64,000 bases of DNA from an uncultured delta proteobacterium (GCA_963743305.1 CAVUPH010000014.1:192001-256000); one strand, 5' to 3'; positions 26,889 through 37,231 are shown, counted from the first letter of the stretch. Translations and numbers: made by a program. Notes: generated by a model not told the origin, from the letters alone.

Positions 26889-28210
26889 GCTTAACCCCTA
26901 CTTCTTGGAAAGCCTTTCAAACCCTGGCCCAGGAAACAGAGACCATCTGCAATTACGGACGCACCACTCAGGTGATTGGATTGGTTATTGAGGGCCAGGG
27001 GCCCCGGGCGGCCGTGGGCGATATTTGCCACATCGAAAAGAATGATAAGAGTCGAAAAATCCCGGCTGAAGTGGTCGGGTTTCGGGACCAAAAGATATTA
27101 CTAATGCCCTTCGGAGCGAGTCAGGGGATTGAACCCGGATGCCGGATTATACCGGCCGGTTTTCCGGCCCTGGCCCAGGTGGGGGAAGGGCTGCTCGGGC
27201 GGGTGATCGACGGCCTGGGGGAACCGCTGGACCAGAAAGGACCGCTCCTCCTGGAAGAAACGCTACCTTTCCAGGTTAAGGCCGTTAATCCGGTATTAAG
27301 AAAAAGAATTTCAGAACCCATCGATGTGGGGCTCAAGGCCATTAATGGGCTGCTGACCTTGGGCCGGGGACAACGCCTGGCCATCATGGCCGGGTCTGGG
27401 GTGGGAAAGAGCACCCTGCTCGGGATGATGGCCCGCCATACTTCGGCGGAGGTTTCCGTGATCGCCCTGATCGGGGAACGGGGGAGGGAAGTCCGGGAAT
27501 TTATCGAGAAAGATTTGGGGGCGGAGGGGCTGAAACGATCAGTGGTCGTGGTGGCTACCTCCGACCAGCCACCCTTGATCCGTATCCGGGGAGCATACCT
27601 GGCAACGGTGATTGCCGAATTTTTTCGGAACCGGAAAAAAAACGTGCTTTTTATGATGGATTCGATCACCCGTTTTGCTATGGCTTCCCGGGAAGTGGGC
27701 CTGGCCGTGGGGGAGCCGCCGACCACCAAAGGCTACACTCCCAGCGTCTATGCCCAACTACCGGGTCTGCTGGAGCGGGTCGGGACGACTCCCGGTCTGG
27801 GGAGCATCACCGGGATCTATACGGTGCTGACAGAAGCCGACGATATCAATGACCCTATCGCCGACGCGGTACGTTCCGTGGCCGATGGACATATCGTGCT
27901 TTCCCGGGATTTGGCCAACCAAAATCATTACCCGGCCATCGATATCCTGGGCAGTATCAGCCGGGTTATGCCCGATGTGGTGGATCGAGACCAGTTAGCG
28001 GCCCGCAACCAACTGATCGCCACTATGGCCGTTTACAAAAAAGCGGAAGACCTGATTAACCTCGGAGCCTATGTGACCGGGAGTAATCCCCAGATTGACC
28101 AAGCCATTAAAAAGATGCCGGAGATCAACGCCTTCCTTCGACAAGGGGTTGAGGAAAAAGTGGATTTTGCCTCTGCCTTGATGCAACTGAAAGCGCTGGC
28201 GAGTCAATAA
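26885..28210 (+). CDS. fliI: Flagellar export ATPase FliI
   Basis: AGSGVGKST, IGERGREV, DSITRFAMA.RE.GL..GEPP.TKGY. Confidence 0.96.
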   Translation: MSLTPTSWKAFQTLAQETETICNYGRTTQVIGLVIEGQGPRAAVGDICHIEKNDKSRKIPAEVVGFRDQKILLMPFGASQGIEPGCRIIPAGFPALAQVGEGLLGRVIDGLGEPLDQKGPLLLEETLPFQVKAVNPVLRKRISEPIDVGLKAINGLLTLGRGQRLAIMAGSGVGKSTLLGMMARHTSAEVSVIALIGERGREVREFIEKDLGAEGLKRSVVVVATSDQPPLIRIRGAYLATVIAEFFRNRKKNVLFMMDSITRFAMASREVGLAVGEPPTTKGYTPSVYAQLPGLLERVGTTPGLGSITGIYTVLTEADDINDPIADAVRSVADGHIVLSRDLANQNHYPAIDILGSISRVMPDVVDRDQLAARNQLIATMAVYKKAEDLINLGAYVTGSNPQIDQAIKKMPEINAFLRQGVEEKVDFASALMQLKALASQ

Positions 28211-28213
28211 TCC

Positions 28214-28663
28214 ATGGCTTTTACCTTCCGACTGCAGTCCCTGTACCTTTGGCGAAAGAATTTAGAAGAGTTGTCCCAGCTCCGCTTGGCCGGGTACCTT
28301 CAAGCCCTGGCCGGCCAGGAGGAACGAATGAAGAAACTCCGGGAGGTCCGGAAGGCCTATGATGGGGAATGCCGACAAAAGGCCGGACAGGGGGCAACGG
28401 TCTGCGACCTGATCCTCTATCTGGATTATTCAAATGATAGTTTTCAACAACTGGAGGTCCTGGAACTGGAGCGCCAAAAAAACTTGAAAATTATCGAAAC
28501 GGAACGGCAAAAACTGATGAACTTAACCCGGGAAAGAAAAATTTTGGAGAAGCTCAAGGAACGGCAGTTTATCAAATTTTTATCCGAGCAGGAAAAAAAG
28601 GAACGAAAAGCGTCGGATGACCTGCTGGTGCAACGGCGTCCCGTTTCCAGGAAAGGCATCTAA
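28214..28663 (+). CDS. fliJ: Flagellar export protein FliJ
   Basis: FTFRLQSL N-terminus; ERKILEKLKE...EQEKKERKASDD; follows fliI. Confidence 0.88.
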   Translation: MAFTFRLQSLYLWRKNLEELSQLRLAGYLQALAGQEERMKKLREVRKAYDGECRQKAGQGATVCDLILYLDYSNDSFQQLEVLELERQKNLKIIETERQKLMNLTRERKILEKLKERQFIKFLSEQEKKERKASDDLLVQRRPVSRKGI

Positions 28664-28667
28664 CCCC

Positions 28668-29267
28668 GTGGGAACAAGGAAAGGGAGCGCCTTTTTTTAT
28701 TACTTGCTGGGCCTGCAGGTTTTTTTGCTGGTCTTATTAATCGCTAAGGTCAGCCTGTCCGGACTTCAATCTTCGGATAGACCGAAAATAAGACCCGACG
28801 CGATTCAGGGGCGGCAAACTGTGCGAATCGAGACGACACCCCAAACACCCGCCGCTGACGCCTGGACCAAGGATCCGGAAATCCTGAAAGCCCTGCAGGA
28901 GAAGTCCCGGGCCCTTGAAAATCAGAAACAACAGGTGGACCAAAAAGAGAAGGATTTGGCCCGGATTCAAATGGAGATCGACGGAAAAATAAATCAGTTA
29001 AATCAGCTACAGGTTCAATTAAAAAAAATAGTGGACCAATCTAAAACGATTCAGGATAAAAAGATTCAGCATCTTTCAGAAATTTTTTGCGCCATGCTAC
29101 CGGATAAAGCGGCCCGAATGATTGAGAAGCTGGACGACAAAACCGTTACCGATGTATTTCAAATCATGCGCAGCAAGGAAGTTGGTGGAATTTTGTCCCA
29201 TCTGGATCCCGCCCGCGCTGCCAGGATCAGTGCTAACTTGAGTCTGTTGACCCCCCGGGCGAATTAA
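28668..29267 (+). CDS. MotE/MgtE-N-like flagellar protein (YlxF/FlbB-like)
   Basis: TM helix, coiled coil, then LSEIFCAMLPDKAARMIEKLD...M...VGGILSHLDPARAARIS. Confidence 0.8.
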   Translation: MGTRKGSAFFYYLLGLQVFLLVLLIAKVSLSGLQSSDRPKIRPDAIQGRQTVRIETTPQTPAADAWTKDPEILKALQEKSRALENQKQQVDQKEKDLARIQMEIDGKINQLNQLQVQLKKIVDQSKTIQDKKIQHLSEIFCAMLPDKAARMIEKLDDKTVTDVFQIMRSKEVGGILSHLDPARAARISANLSLLTPRAN

Positions 29268-29300
29268 GGAAAAAAATTTCTGCCCTGTCCCGCCTAGCCT

Positions 29301-29313
29301 GGAAAAATTTGCC
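29301..29313. promoter_or_regulatory. Putative enhancer, GG-N9-CC (ftr-like) class
   Basis: GGAAAAATTTGCC, with a weaker copy GGAAAAAAATTTC at 29268. Confidence 0.5.
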
Positions 29314-29418
29314 GCTCAGCGCGACCCTCAGGGGCGGCCTTACCTTTCGTTTATTGTAACTTCTCGAAAATACAACTAAAAAAAATGGCCCTGGGCGGGG
29401 CTGGAAGAGTTTTAATGA

Positions 29419-29434
29419 TGGCACGACCATTGCT
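29419..29434 (+). promoter_or_regulatory. sigma54 promoter of fliK-flgD-flgE
   Basis: TGGCACGACCATTGCT, near-perfect consensus. Confidence 0.85.
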
Positions 29435-29452
29435 TTACCTTGTGGTCAAACC

Positions 29453-31318
29453 ATGGAAACACTTGCCCCCAGCCCCTTGACCCGGTTAAATATCGCGGAC
29501 GCTCCCCCGGAGTTTGCTCCGAAAAATCCGCCGGAGCGCTTTGCCCAAGTAATGTCCCGTCAAGAAAAGTCTAGCCGCCCTAAAGAAAATCGGATGGCTT
29601 TAGAGCGGGAGGAGCGGGAGCGAAAATTCCTTTGCCCCGCCAAAAAGAAAGCCAAACAGGAGAGCCCGGACCCGGTAACTGATCCGGAAGTCACGGCCTT
29701 GCTAACACCCCCGACATCGAATACCGTCCTCCCGAGTCCCCCGAGCCCACAACAGGACCTAAAGGACCCGACTTTGTTCCTGAAACCCGAGGGCCTGGCC
29801 CCCAATCCGGCCCTCGCCTCGACGGATCAAATCGGGGCCGGTTCCAGGATCCAGCCCGGGCCGCTGGATATCCTTACTAAAGTCGCCTCCTCGGAGGTTA
29901 AGCCGCAGGATTCGCTTCTGGTAGCGGACCTCGAAGACCAGACTTTTCCCCTTAAAATCATACCCCTGGCCTCTAATTCGGCCATAGCCTCTACGGATCA
30001 AATCGGTCCCGGTGCCCAGAGCCAGCCCGGGCCGGAGGATTTCCTTAGTCCCAGCGAATCCGGACCTGGATCTGCTCCGGCCGCTGTTCAGCCCTTAGGG
30101 ACCTTGAGAGAAAACCCGTTGTTTTCAAAGGATTTTGAAGGTCTGATCCTTTTCCCCACCCCGGAATCTTTAACCATTGAACAAAAGGTTTCTCCGGAGG
30201 CGACGGGGAACGTTACGCGGTCTTCCCAGACAACGACGGAAAACAATCTGTCGTTCTCCCCCCAGGGTCCGGCCATCCCGGAGACTACCTCGGCAGTTGA
30301 TGGTCCGGACCCCTCCCCTTCGTTAATTCTCCAGGAGATCGCGCTGAAAGGCCAGGCTGGCGCGCCCCCTGCCCAAGAGATAAAACCCGAATCTCAGGAA
30401 CCCTCTTTAGTAACCTTCCCCAGGACGGAAAAGGTCGCTACCGCGCCAATAGTGGAGGGCCCGCCGTCCGTGGAGGCGATCCGGGTTGCCTCCAATTCGC
30501 AAACAGTAAAGATTTCCACTACGGACACCTCTCCGCCGACTTCGAAAGAGATCCTTTCTAGCAGGGAAATCTCCTCCTTGGCAAAGGCGGAAGGAGCACC
30601 TGCCCCCGAGAGGACCTCCCCGAGATTAGCCGGCCTGGGTCCGGAACCTTCTTCCCTTCACCAGGCCCCGCTGGAAAAAGTGGAACCGGGGATCACCCTC
30701 CGGATTCCTGGTGAAAATCTGGCCGCTTCCGGGGATCAGGAGACGAATAATCCTTCCCGGATCCAGAACGACACCCACCACGGAAGTATAACCGAGTTCC
30801 TCAACCAACCCAGAATCGAAGGGATCTCGGCCGATCGTCCCATTGAGGGGCCACCGAAAGCGTCTCCGGAATGGACCAAAGAGGCCCTCTCTGTTTATCA
30901 GCAGTATAGCAAAGGGCTTCTCCGGACTCTCCAGCAGGGTGGAGAACGTATTCAAATGACCCTCGATCCGCCTCAATTGGGCAACATTTTACTGGAAATT
31001 AACCGTGACCGAAACTTCGTTACCGCCCATTTGTGGACCGACAATCCCCACACCAAGGAACTGTTGGACTTCAGCCGGGGGCAACTTCAAAAGACGCTGG
31101 AATCGGACGGCTTCAAACTCGACCGGTTCGAAGTCCTGGTGCAGCCGGACTTAAAGTCCTTTCAGGAGGGGCGCTGGTTCGGGGGCGGGCAACCGGCCTG
31201 GGAAAACAACCGGCAAGAAGGGAGCCGCGCCTCGCCGGCCGCGCTGATCCCCACTTCTCCGGGGACGGTACCTCTCCGTTTCAGCCAGGGCAATCAATAC
31301 GTGGACACTTGGGTCTAA
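29453..31318 (+). CDS. fliK: Hook-length control protein FliK
   Basis: Long Pro/Ser-rich linker; C-terminal QMTLDPPQLGNILLEI...QLQKTLESDG; directly before flgD. Confidence 0.88.
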   Translation: METLAPSPLTRLNIADAPPEFAPKNPPERFAQVMSRQEKSSRPKENRMALEREERERKFLCPAKKKAKQESPDPVTDPEVTALLTPPTSNTVLPSPPSPQQDLKDPTLFLKPEGLAPNPALASTDQIGAGSRIQPGPLDILTKVASSEVKPQDSLLVADLEDQTFPLKIIPLASNSAIASTDQIGPGAQSQPGPEDFLSPSESGPGSAPAAVQPLGTLRENPLFSKDFEGLILFPTPESLTIEQKVSPEATGNVTRSSQTTTENNLSFSPQGPAIPETTSAVDGPDPSPSLILQEIALKGQAGAPPAQEIKPESQEPSLVTFPRTEKVATAPIVEGPPSVEAIRVASNSQTVKISTTDTSPPTSKEILSSREISSLAKAEGAPAPERTSPRLAGLGPEPSSLHQAPLEKVEPGITLRIPGENLAASGDQETNNPSRIQNDTHHGSITEFLNQPRIEGISADRPIEGPPKASPEWTKEALSVYQQYSKGLLRTLQQGGERIQMTLDPPQLGNILLEINRDRNFVTAHLWTDNPHTKELLDFSRGQLQKTLESDGFKLDRFEVLVQPDLKSFQEGRWFGGGQPAWENNRQEGSRASPAALIPTSPGTVPLRFSQGNQYVDTWV

Positions 31319-31340
31319 TTCAAAAAAAGAGGAAAAGGAA

Positions 31341-32000
31341 ATGACAACCAGCGCGATAAACGCAGCCACGACGACCGGCACTTCAACCAATACGACCTCA
31401 AAAAATAATACGTTGAATCAGGCGGACTTCCTGAATATTTTTGTCACCCAGTTGAAGTATCAAGACCCCTTACAGCCATTGGATAACTCCCAGATGGCCT
31501 CTCAAATGGCCCAGTTCAGTATGGTCCAATCACTGAACAGCATGACCGAATCCATGAAGAATATGGAAAGCTCCCAGGCGGCGGTCAACAACCTGCAGGC
31601 CGCTTCCCTGGTGGGCAAGAAGGTGGAGGTCAAAGGGAGCACCCTGTCCCTCAGCCAAGGGACCGCCTCGGAAGGAAGCTACCAACTGGATAAACCGGGA
31701 AAGGTGACCATCAAGATTATGGATGATAAGGGGGGTTTGGTTCGGGTCATCGAATCCGGGGTCACGGATACCGAAAAACAAAAATTCGTCTGGGATGGCA
31801 AAAACCAGCAAGGGGCCACTTTGCCCGATGGGCAGTACAGTTTTCAAGTCTCGGCCGTCGATGCGCAGGGCACGGCCATCGGGGTCAACTCGACCATGGT
31901 AGGTAAGGTGGACGGCGTATCCCTCGATCAGGGAAAGGCCTACCTCCAGATAGGGTCCAATCAAGTTCTTTTATCGGAAATCATAGCCATTTTGGCTTAA
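31341..32000 (+). CDS. flgD: Hook capping protein FlgD
   Basis: DFLNIFVTQLKYQDPLQPLD...SQMAQFS; FVWDGKN..G..LPDGQY. Confidence 0.95.
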   Translation: MTTSAINAATTTGTSTNTTSKNNTLNQADFLNIFVTQLKYQDPLQPLDNSQMASQMAQFSMVQSLNSMTESMKNMESSQAAVNNLQAASLVGKKVEVKGSTLSLSQGTASEGSYQLDKPGKVTIKIMDDKGGLVRVIESGVTDTEKQKFVWDGKNQQGATLPDGQYSFQVSAVDAQGTAIGVNSTMVGKVDGVSLDQGKAYLQIGSNQVLLSEIIAILA

Positions 32001-32018
32001 CAAAAAAGGAGGAAAGTC

Positions 32019-33338
32019 ATGGGAATCGGATCAGCATTTTATACGGGACTCAGCGGGTTGGACACCAGCGGGATGGCCATGGGGGTCATGGGGGATAACC
32101 TGGCCAATAGCGGCACCACCGGCTATAAGGGCAGCTCCATTTATTTCAGCGACGTTCTGGGCTTGAGTCTTACCGGGGTATCCGGGGGGAACCGGGTGGG
32201 GGCCGGGTCCAAGACTCAGGCGGTGGACGTCAATTTTACCCAGGGCACCTTTGAAACCACCGGGTCCGGGACCGATGTGGCCATCAACGGGAACGGCTTC
32301 TTTGTGGTCCGGAATCCCGGTGACGGAGCGGAGTATTTTACCCGGGACGGCCATCTGAGCATCGATAATGAAGGCTATTATATCAACAGCCAGGGATATC
32401 GGGTCCAGGGATACAAATACGGCCTCGATTCCGTTACGGGTGAGTATGCCCTGGAAGAAACCTTAACGGATTTACAGGTGACTCCCGGAAGCATCAACCC
32501 CCCGATAGCCACCACCGCCGCGACCATGAAATTAAATTTGGATGCCTCCGCGGACATCAAGACGACGGCTTGGTCTATCGTCAACCCTTCAGCCCCACCG
32601 GCGACTATTCCCCCCACCCCGGATATGTATAATTTTTCGGCCCCGGTGACTATCTATGACTCGCTGGGCTCCAGTCATGTGATTCAAGTCTATTTCACCA
32701 AGACCGCCGCCTCCACCTGGGATTGGCACGCCTTGATCGACGGCGGCGATGTGACCGGAGGCACCGCTGGAGCCCCGCAATTGTTCGGTTCCGGAGTCGG
32801 CATGGCCTATGACCCCGCCACCGGAAAAATGACCGCCCCTGTGGCCGCGGTACCCTTTCACGCGGGAGGGTTAACCTTTATGAATGGGAGTCCCTCCATC
32901 GCCAGTACGGTTGATTTCGCCGATAGCGTATCCTTTGCCTCCCCCTCCCTGCTCCAGGACCTGAGTCAGAACGGTTTTCCGGCCGGCAGCGCCACCTCGG
33001 TTTCAATCGATGAGTTTGGGAACTTGACGGCCGCCTACTCCAACGGCACCAATAAACCCCTGTTCCGCATGGCCCTGGCCACATTCAAAAGTCTGAGCGG
33101 CCTCGAGCGAAAAGGGCTGACCCTTTACCAGAACACCATTGCTTCCGGTGACCCCCTCTACGGGAAGGCCGGGGAAGGGAGTTTGGGAAAGATCAACCCC
33201 ACCATGCTGGAAGCGGCCAATGTGGATCTGGCCTCGGAGATGATTAAAATGATCATCGTGCAGCGGGCCTACCAGGCCAACGCCAAGGTCATCACCATGG
33301 TCGATGAGATGATGCAGGCCGTTCAAAATATCCGCTAA
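32019..33338 (+). CDS. flgE: Hook protein FlgE
   Basis: GDNLANSGTTGYK, DVAINGNGFF, IYDSLG..H, LEAANVDLASE...QRAYQANAK. Confidence 0.95.
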   Translation: MGIGSAFYTGLSGLDTSGMAMGVMGDNLANSGTTGYKGSSIYFSDVLGLSLTGVSGGNRVGAGSKTQAVDVNFTQGTFETTGSGTDVAINGNGFFVVRNPGDGAEYFTRDGHLSIDNEGYYINSQGYRVQGYKYGLDSVTGEYALEETLTDLQVTPGSINPPIATTAATMKLNLDASADIKTTAWSIVNPSAPPATIPPTPDMYNFSAPVTIYDSLGSSHVIQVYFTKTAASTWDWHALIDGGDVTGGTAGAPQLFGSGVGMAYDPATGKMTAPVAAVPFHAGGLTFMNGSPSIASTVDFADSVSFASPSLLQDLSQNGFPAGSATSVSIDEFGNLTAAYSNGTNKPLFRMALATFKSLSGLERKGLTLYQNTIASGDPLYGKAGEGSLGKINPTMLEAANVDLASEMIKMIIVQRAYQANAKVITMVDEMMQAVQNIR

Positions 33339-33357
33339 CTACTTGGAGAGCCTTTAA

Positions 33358-33414
33358 GGGTACGGGAGGGGACTTCGGCGAGCTCAGCCAAGCCGTTCAG
33401 CCCCTCCCGTATTC
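33358..33414 (+). repeat. REP-like inverted repeat / possible terminator after flgE
   Basis: TACGGGAGGGG (33361-71) pairs perfectly with CCCCTCCCGTA (33401-11) around a 29-nt loop. Confidence 0.55.
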
Positions 33415-33649
33415 ATTAATTATTAATTAAAAGCCGCCTTCGACCCGGCCGGAAGATGGTGATTCCGGCCCGGGATAACTCCAAGACCCCACTCATCCAA
33501 TACGCTCCCGCTCGGTCTTAGCGCACGAAAACGGAATCCCGCGCTCTTCGGCCTGGACAGGCAGAGAAGGAGGTCATCTCCGCCCGCCCCTTGGTCAACC
33601 CGGGTTTGTTCCGGGCGGAAAGATATAAAACCCTGCCGGGCGCTCGACT

Positions 33650-33663
33650 GTCAACCGATTGAC
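33650..33663. promoter_or_regulatory. FleQ-box-like enhancer
   Basis: GTCAACCGATTGAC, plus a TTGAC half-site about 20 bp downstream. Confidence 0.6.
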
Positions 33664-33765
33664 GCCTGCCCTTCGAATTGACGAACTCTCCCCGACGGCC
33701 CATCCCCTTCTGAAAAATAAACTATAAATAACGACTAGTTAATGAATATCGCTTCGATTCCCGTC

Positions 33766-33781
33766 TGGCATAGGCTTTGCT
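33766..33781 (+). promoter_or_regulatory. sigma54 promoter of the fliL operon
   Basis: TGGCATAGGCTTTGCT. Confidence 0.8.
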
Positions 33782-33872
33782 TAATAGGAAGTCGAAGTCG
33801 CCACCCGGGGTAATCCCCTCCGCCAAGGAGGACCTAATCTGGCGACTCTATCTCAGAAACCGATGGACAGCG

Positions 33873-34412
33873 ATGGCTAAGCAAATAGCAGAAATTCCCC
33901 CCGAACCTCAGGCTGAAGACAACCCGGTTCCGCAGAAATCGGCTTTGAAAAAATGGCTGATCCTGGGGGGCCTGGGGTTCATCCTGCTGGCGGCCGGGGG
34001 CGGGGCGGCCATCTTTTTTCTTCCGGAGTATATGCCCGAACCGCTCAATTTTTTTGACCACAAACCGACCAAAGGCTCCCCGGCCCATAAAAAACCTCCT
34101 GAAGAGGAACGAGGCCACATTTACATCATGGACCCCATGATCGTCAATCTAGCCGATACCGACCAGAACCGTTACTTAAAAATTCGGATCAACTTGGAAA
34201 GCAAGAAGTCGGAAGCGAACGAGGAATTTACCAAAAAATTACCGCTGATCAAGGATACCATCCTGACCATTTTGTCCCAAAAAAAGAGTGAAGAACTGTT
34301 TCCCTCTTCCGGCAAGGAACAATTGAAAGCGGAAATGTTACGCTCGGTTAATCCCCATCTGCTCGAATTGAAAATAAAAGCTGTTTATTTTACCGAATTC
34401 GTCATCCAATGA
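33873..34412 (+). CDS. fliL: Basal-body-associated protein FliL
   Basis: TM helix; IVNLAD...RYLKI...IKDTIL.ILS...GKEQLK...VYFTEFVIQ. Start set to ATG 33873 because the longer ORF start lies in the promoter. Confidence 0.92.
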   Translation: MAKQIAEIPPEPQAEDNPVPQKSALKKWLILGGLGFILLAAGGGAAIFFLPEYMPEPLNFFDHKPTKGSPAHKKPPEEERGHIYIMDPMIVNLADTDQNRYLKIRINLESKKSEANEEFTKKLPLIKDTILTILSQKKSEELFPSSGKEQLKAEMLRSVNPHLLELKIKAVYFTEFVIQ

Positions 34413-35392
34413 GCAAAATATTATCTCAGGAAGAAATTGATGCCCTCCTCTTCGGAGTGGAGGAGGGAGCGGTCCCCACGCAGCCGGATCAGCCGGTTGA
34501 TTCGGTGGTGGTTCCCTATGACCTGACCAATCAAGACCGCGTTATCCGGGAAAGAATGCCTTCCCTGGAAATCATCAATGACCAGTTTTCCCGTTTTATC
34601 CGGAACACCCTCTCTTCTGCGCTGCGAAAAATTCTGGAAGTCAGCATCCAGGGCATCCAGATGATTAAATTCGGTGAATTTATCCGCACCCTTCCCGTCC
34701 CCAGTAGCCTGCATATCTTTAAGATGGAGCCTCTGCGCGGGCACGCCATTTTAGTGCTGGATCCCAAGATGGTTTTCACCTTGATCGATGTGTTCCTGGG
34801 GGGATCCGGGAAAGGGACTTACCGTATCGAGGGACGGGAATTCACGGCCATTGAATCTCGGTTGATCTACCGGGTGGTGGTGATGATCCTGACCGAACTG
34901 GAAAAGGCCTGGCATCCCGTGCATCCGGTCAGCATTCAATATGTACGCAGCGAAATCAATCCCCAGTTTGTCAGTATCGTCGGACCGAACGACCTGATGA
35001 TCATGACGACCTTCGGGCTGGAGCTGGAACACTTTACGGGAATGATCAACATTTGCATCCCCTATGCCCTGCTGGAACCGATCAAAAACAAACTCTATTC
35101 CGGGTACCAGCGTGATCGACTGGCGGTCGATAAAGACTGGATCCGGCGCTTTGAAGCCGGCATCCAGCAGGCGCAAATCGACCTGGTCGTGGAACTGGGG
35201 CGGACCCAGCTTAAAGTGAAGGATTTGCTGAAACTGAAAATAGGCGACACCCTGGTACTCAATACCGAAGCCAACGATTGTCTGATCGCTAAAGTGCAGG
35301 GAGTTCCCAAGTACCTGGGACACTCCGGACTGTATGGTGCGAATAAGGCCTTCCAAGTCAAAGAAAAGATATCCCTGCCCCGCAATGGTTAA
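34409..35392 (+). CDS. fliM: Motor switch protein FliM
   Basis: ILSQEEIDALL; GREFTAIE; RSEINPQF. Confidence 0.96.
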   Translation: MSKILSQEEIDALLFGVEEGAVPTQPDQPVDSVVVPYDLTNQDRVIRERMPSLEIINDQFSRFIRNTLSSALRKILEVSIQGIQMIKFGEFIRTLPVPSSLHIFKMEPLRGHAILVLDPKMVFTLIDVFLGGSGKGTYRIEGREFTAIESRLIYRVVVMILTELEKAWHPVHPVSIQYVRSEINPQFVSIVGPNDLMIMTTFGLELEHFTGMINICIPYALLEPIKNKLYSGYQRDRLAVDKDWIRRFEAGIQQAQIDLVVELGRTQLKVKDLLKLKIGDTLVLNTEANDCLIAKVQGVPKYLGHSGLYGANKAFQVKEKISLPRNG

Positions 35393-35404
35393 AAGAGGTT
35401 AACG

Positions 35405-35770
35405 ATGGAAGAACAAGCGACCCCGATGAACGAAGAGGAACTGCAGGAAGTCATGGAGATGGAATTGGATCCCCTGGAAAACCGGTCCCCTGAGCCCAAC
35501 GGACCGACCGTTACCAACCTGGATTTCATCCTGGATATCCCCATGGAGGTTTCCGTGGAACTGGGGCGGTCTAAAATGTTGATCAGCGATCTGCTGCAAC
35601 TGGGTCAAGGTTCGGTCATCGAATTGACCAAACTGGCCGGGGAACCATTGGAAGTGCTGGTCAATCAAAAATTGATCGCCCGGGGAGAAGTGGTGGTGGT
35701 GAATGAAAAATTCGGCATCCGGCTGACGGATATCATCAGCCCCACCGAACGGGTCAAGCGGTTGGGATGA
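35405..35770 (+). CDS. fliN: Motor switch protein FliN
   Basis: [13 protein letters not shown]...LAGEPLEV...[15 protein letters not shown]. Confidence 0.96.
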   Translation: MEEQATPMNEEELQEVMEMELDPLENRSPEPNGPTVTNLDFILDIPMEVSVELGRSKMLISDLLQLGQGSVIELTKLAGEPLEVLVNQKLIARGEVVVVNEKFGIRLTDIISPTERVKRLG

Positions 35771-35776
35771 GCGGGA

Positions 35777-36175
35777 TTGGACATGGGCTGGGTGGTATTT
35801 AAAATGTTGTTTGCGCTGAGCCTGGTTCTGGGCCTGCTTTTTCTGCTGGTTCGGGTCTTGAAGCGTACCCCACTGATTCGAAAAGATCTCCCCACGGATT
35901 TTGACATTCGAGTCCTGACCACCAAACCGATCGCTCCTCGGAAGTTCATTTCCTTAGTGGAAATCGGCGGGGAAGTGCTGGCTTTGGGGATTTCGGAGGC
36001 CCAGGTCAGTTACCTGACAAAAATTGAAAACCCGGAATGGCTAAAAAAATGGAAGCAGGGGACTTCCCCCGGTCCTGTCGTTACGCTGCCTGCCTGGATG
36101 GGAAAGTTCCCGTTGAAGAAAAGAAAAAGCATCTCCTCCTCCGAGGAAAGAAGGGTATACGAGAATGGGGAATAA
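35777..36175 (+). CDS. fliO: Flagellar biosynthesis protein FliO
   Basis: One TM helix, then IRVL...[20 protein letters not shown]; between fliN and fliP. Confidence 0.85.
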   Translation: MDMGWVVFKMLFALSLVLGLLFLLVRVLKRTPLIRKDLPTDFDIRVLTTKPIAPRKFISLVEIGGEVLALGISEAQVSYLTKIENPEWLKKWKQGTSPGPVVTLPAWMGKFPLKKRKSISSSEERRVYENGE

Positions 36176-36938
36176 AAGCGTTCTCTCCATCATCCCGGTA
36201 ATCGTGTTCGGCTGGGCGATCGGATTGACGCCCGCCATCTGCTGGGGACAAGGATCCGCCTTACCTCTTCCCGCCTTGAATATCGGCTTGGGGGCGGCGA
36301 AAAATCCGGGGGAGGTTTCGGTCCTCATTCAAATTCTTTTCCTCCTGACGGTCCTTTCTCTGGCCCCGGCGATCCTGATTATGATGACCTCTTTTACCCG
36401 CCTGGCCATCGTTTTTTCCTTTTTACGGCATGCCATCGGCACCCAGCAGATGCCCCCCAATCAGATCCTGATCGGCTTGTCCCTGTTTTTGACCTTTTTT
36501 ATCATGACCCCGGTCTGGCAGTCGGTCAAGACCACCGCCTGGGATCCCTATATGAAGAAGACCATCAACCAGGAGCAGGCCCTGGAAGCGGCGGCCAAGC
36601 CGGTGCGGGCCTTTATGTTCAAACAGACCCGGGAAAAAGACCTGGCCCTGTTCATTAACTTGGCCAAGATCGTCAGGCCTAAGAATACCGAAGACATCCC
36701 GACCACGGTGCTGGTCCCGGCCTTTATGATCAGCGAGTTGAAAACCGCCTTTCAAATCGGATTTGTCCTCTTTCTCCCTTTTTTGGTGATCGACCTGGTG
36801 GTGTCCAGCATCCTCCTCTCCATGGGCATGATGATGCTGCCGCCGGTGATGATCTCCCTGCCGTTCAAGATCTTGTTGTTTGTCCTGGTGGACGGCTGGC
36901 ATTTAATTGTAGGTTCTCTGGTAAAAAGTTTCCAGTAA
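36165..36938 (+). CDS. fliP: Export gate protein FliP
   Basis: [37 protein letters not shown]. Confidence 0.96.
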   Translation: MGNKSVLSIIPVIVFGWAIGLTPAICWGQGSALPLPALNIGLGAAKNPGEVSVLIQILFLLTVLSLAPAILIMMTSFTRLAIVFSFLRHAIGTQQMPPNQILIGLSLFLTFFIMTPVWQSVKTTAWDPYMKKTINQEQALEAAAKPVRAFMFKQTREKDLALFINLAKIVRPKNTEDIPTTVLVPAFMISELKTAFQIGFVLFLPFLVIDLVVSSILLSMGMMMLPPVMISLPFKILLFVLVDGWHLIVGSLVKSFQ

Positions 36939-36954
36939 GGAGCGAGGTGCCTTC

Positions 36955-37224
36955 ATGACCCCGGAAATGGTAATCAGCCTGGCCAAAGAGACCGTGGAAT
37001 TGACCTTGGTGATCTCCCTGCCCATGCTGGCCGTAGGCTTGATTATCGGCGTGGGAATCGGCTTGCTGCAGTCCCTGACCCAGATCCAGGAGATGACCCT
37101 GGTCTTGGTGCCCAAGATTATCGCCACCTTGCTGGTTCTGCTTTTCATGCTGCCCTGGATGATGAATAAGATGACGGCCTATACCGAACAACTGATCCTC
37201 AACATTCCTACGTACGCCAAATGA
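36955..37224 (+). CDS. fliQ: Export gate protein FliQ
   Basis: QSLTQIQEMTL..VPK. Confidence 0.95.
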   Translation: MTPEMVISLAKETVELTLVISLPMLAVGLIIGVGIGLLQSLTQIQEMTLVLVPKIIATLLVLLFMLPWMMNKMTAYTEQLILNIPTYAK

Positions 37225-37231
37225 GGGAACT

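Noticed and set aside
33805-33840. fliL leader as a GEMM (c-di-GMP/cGAMP) riboswitch
   Set aside because: Only a loose resemblance to the 5' half; there is no second stem with a tetraloop receptor.
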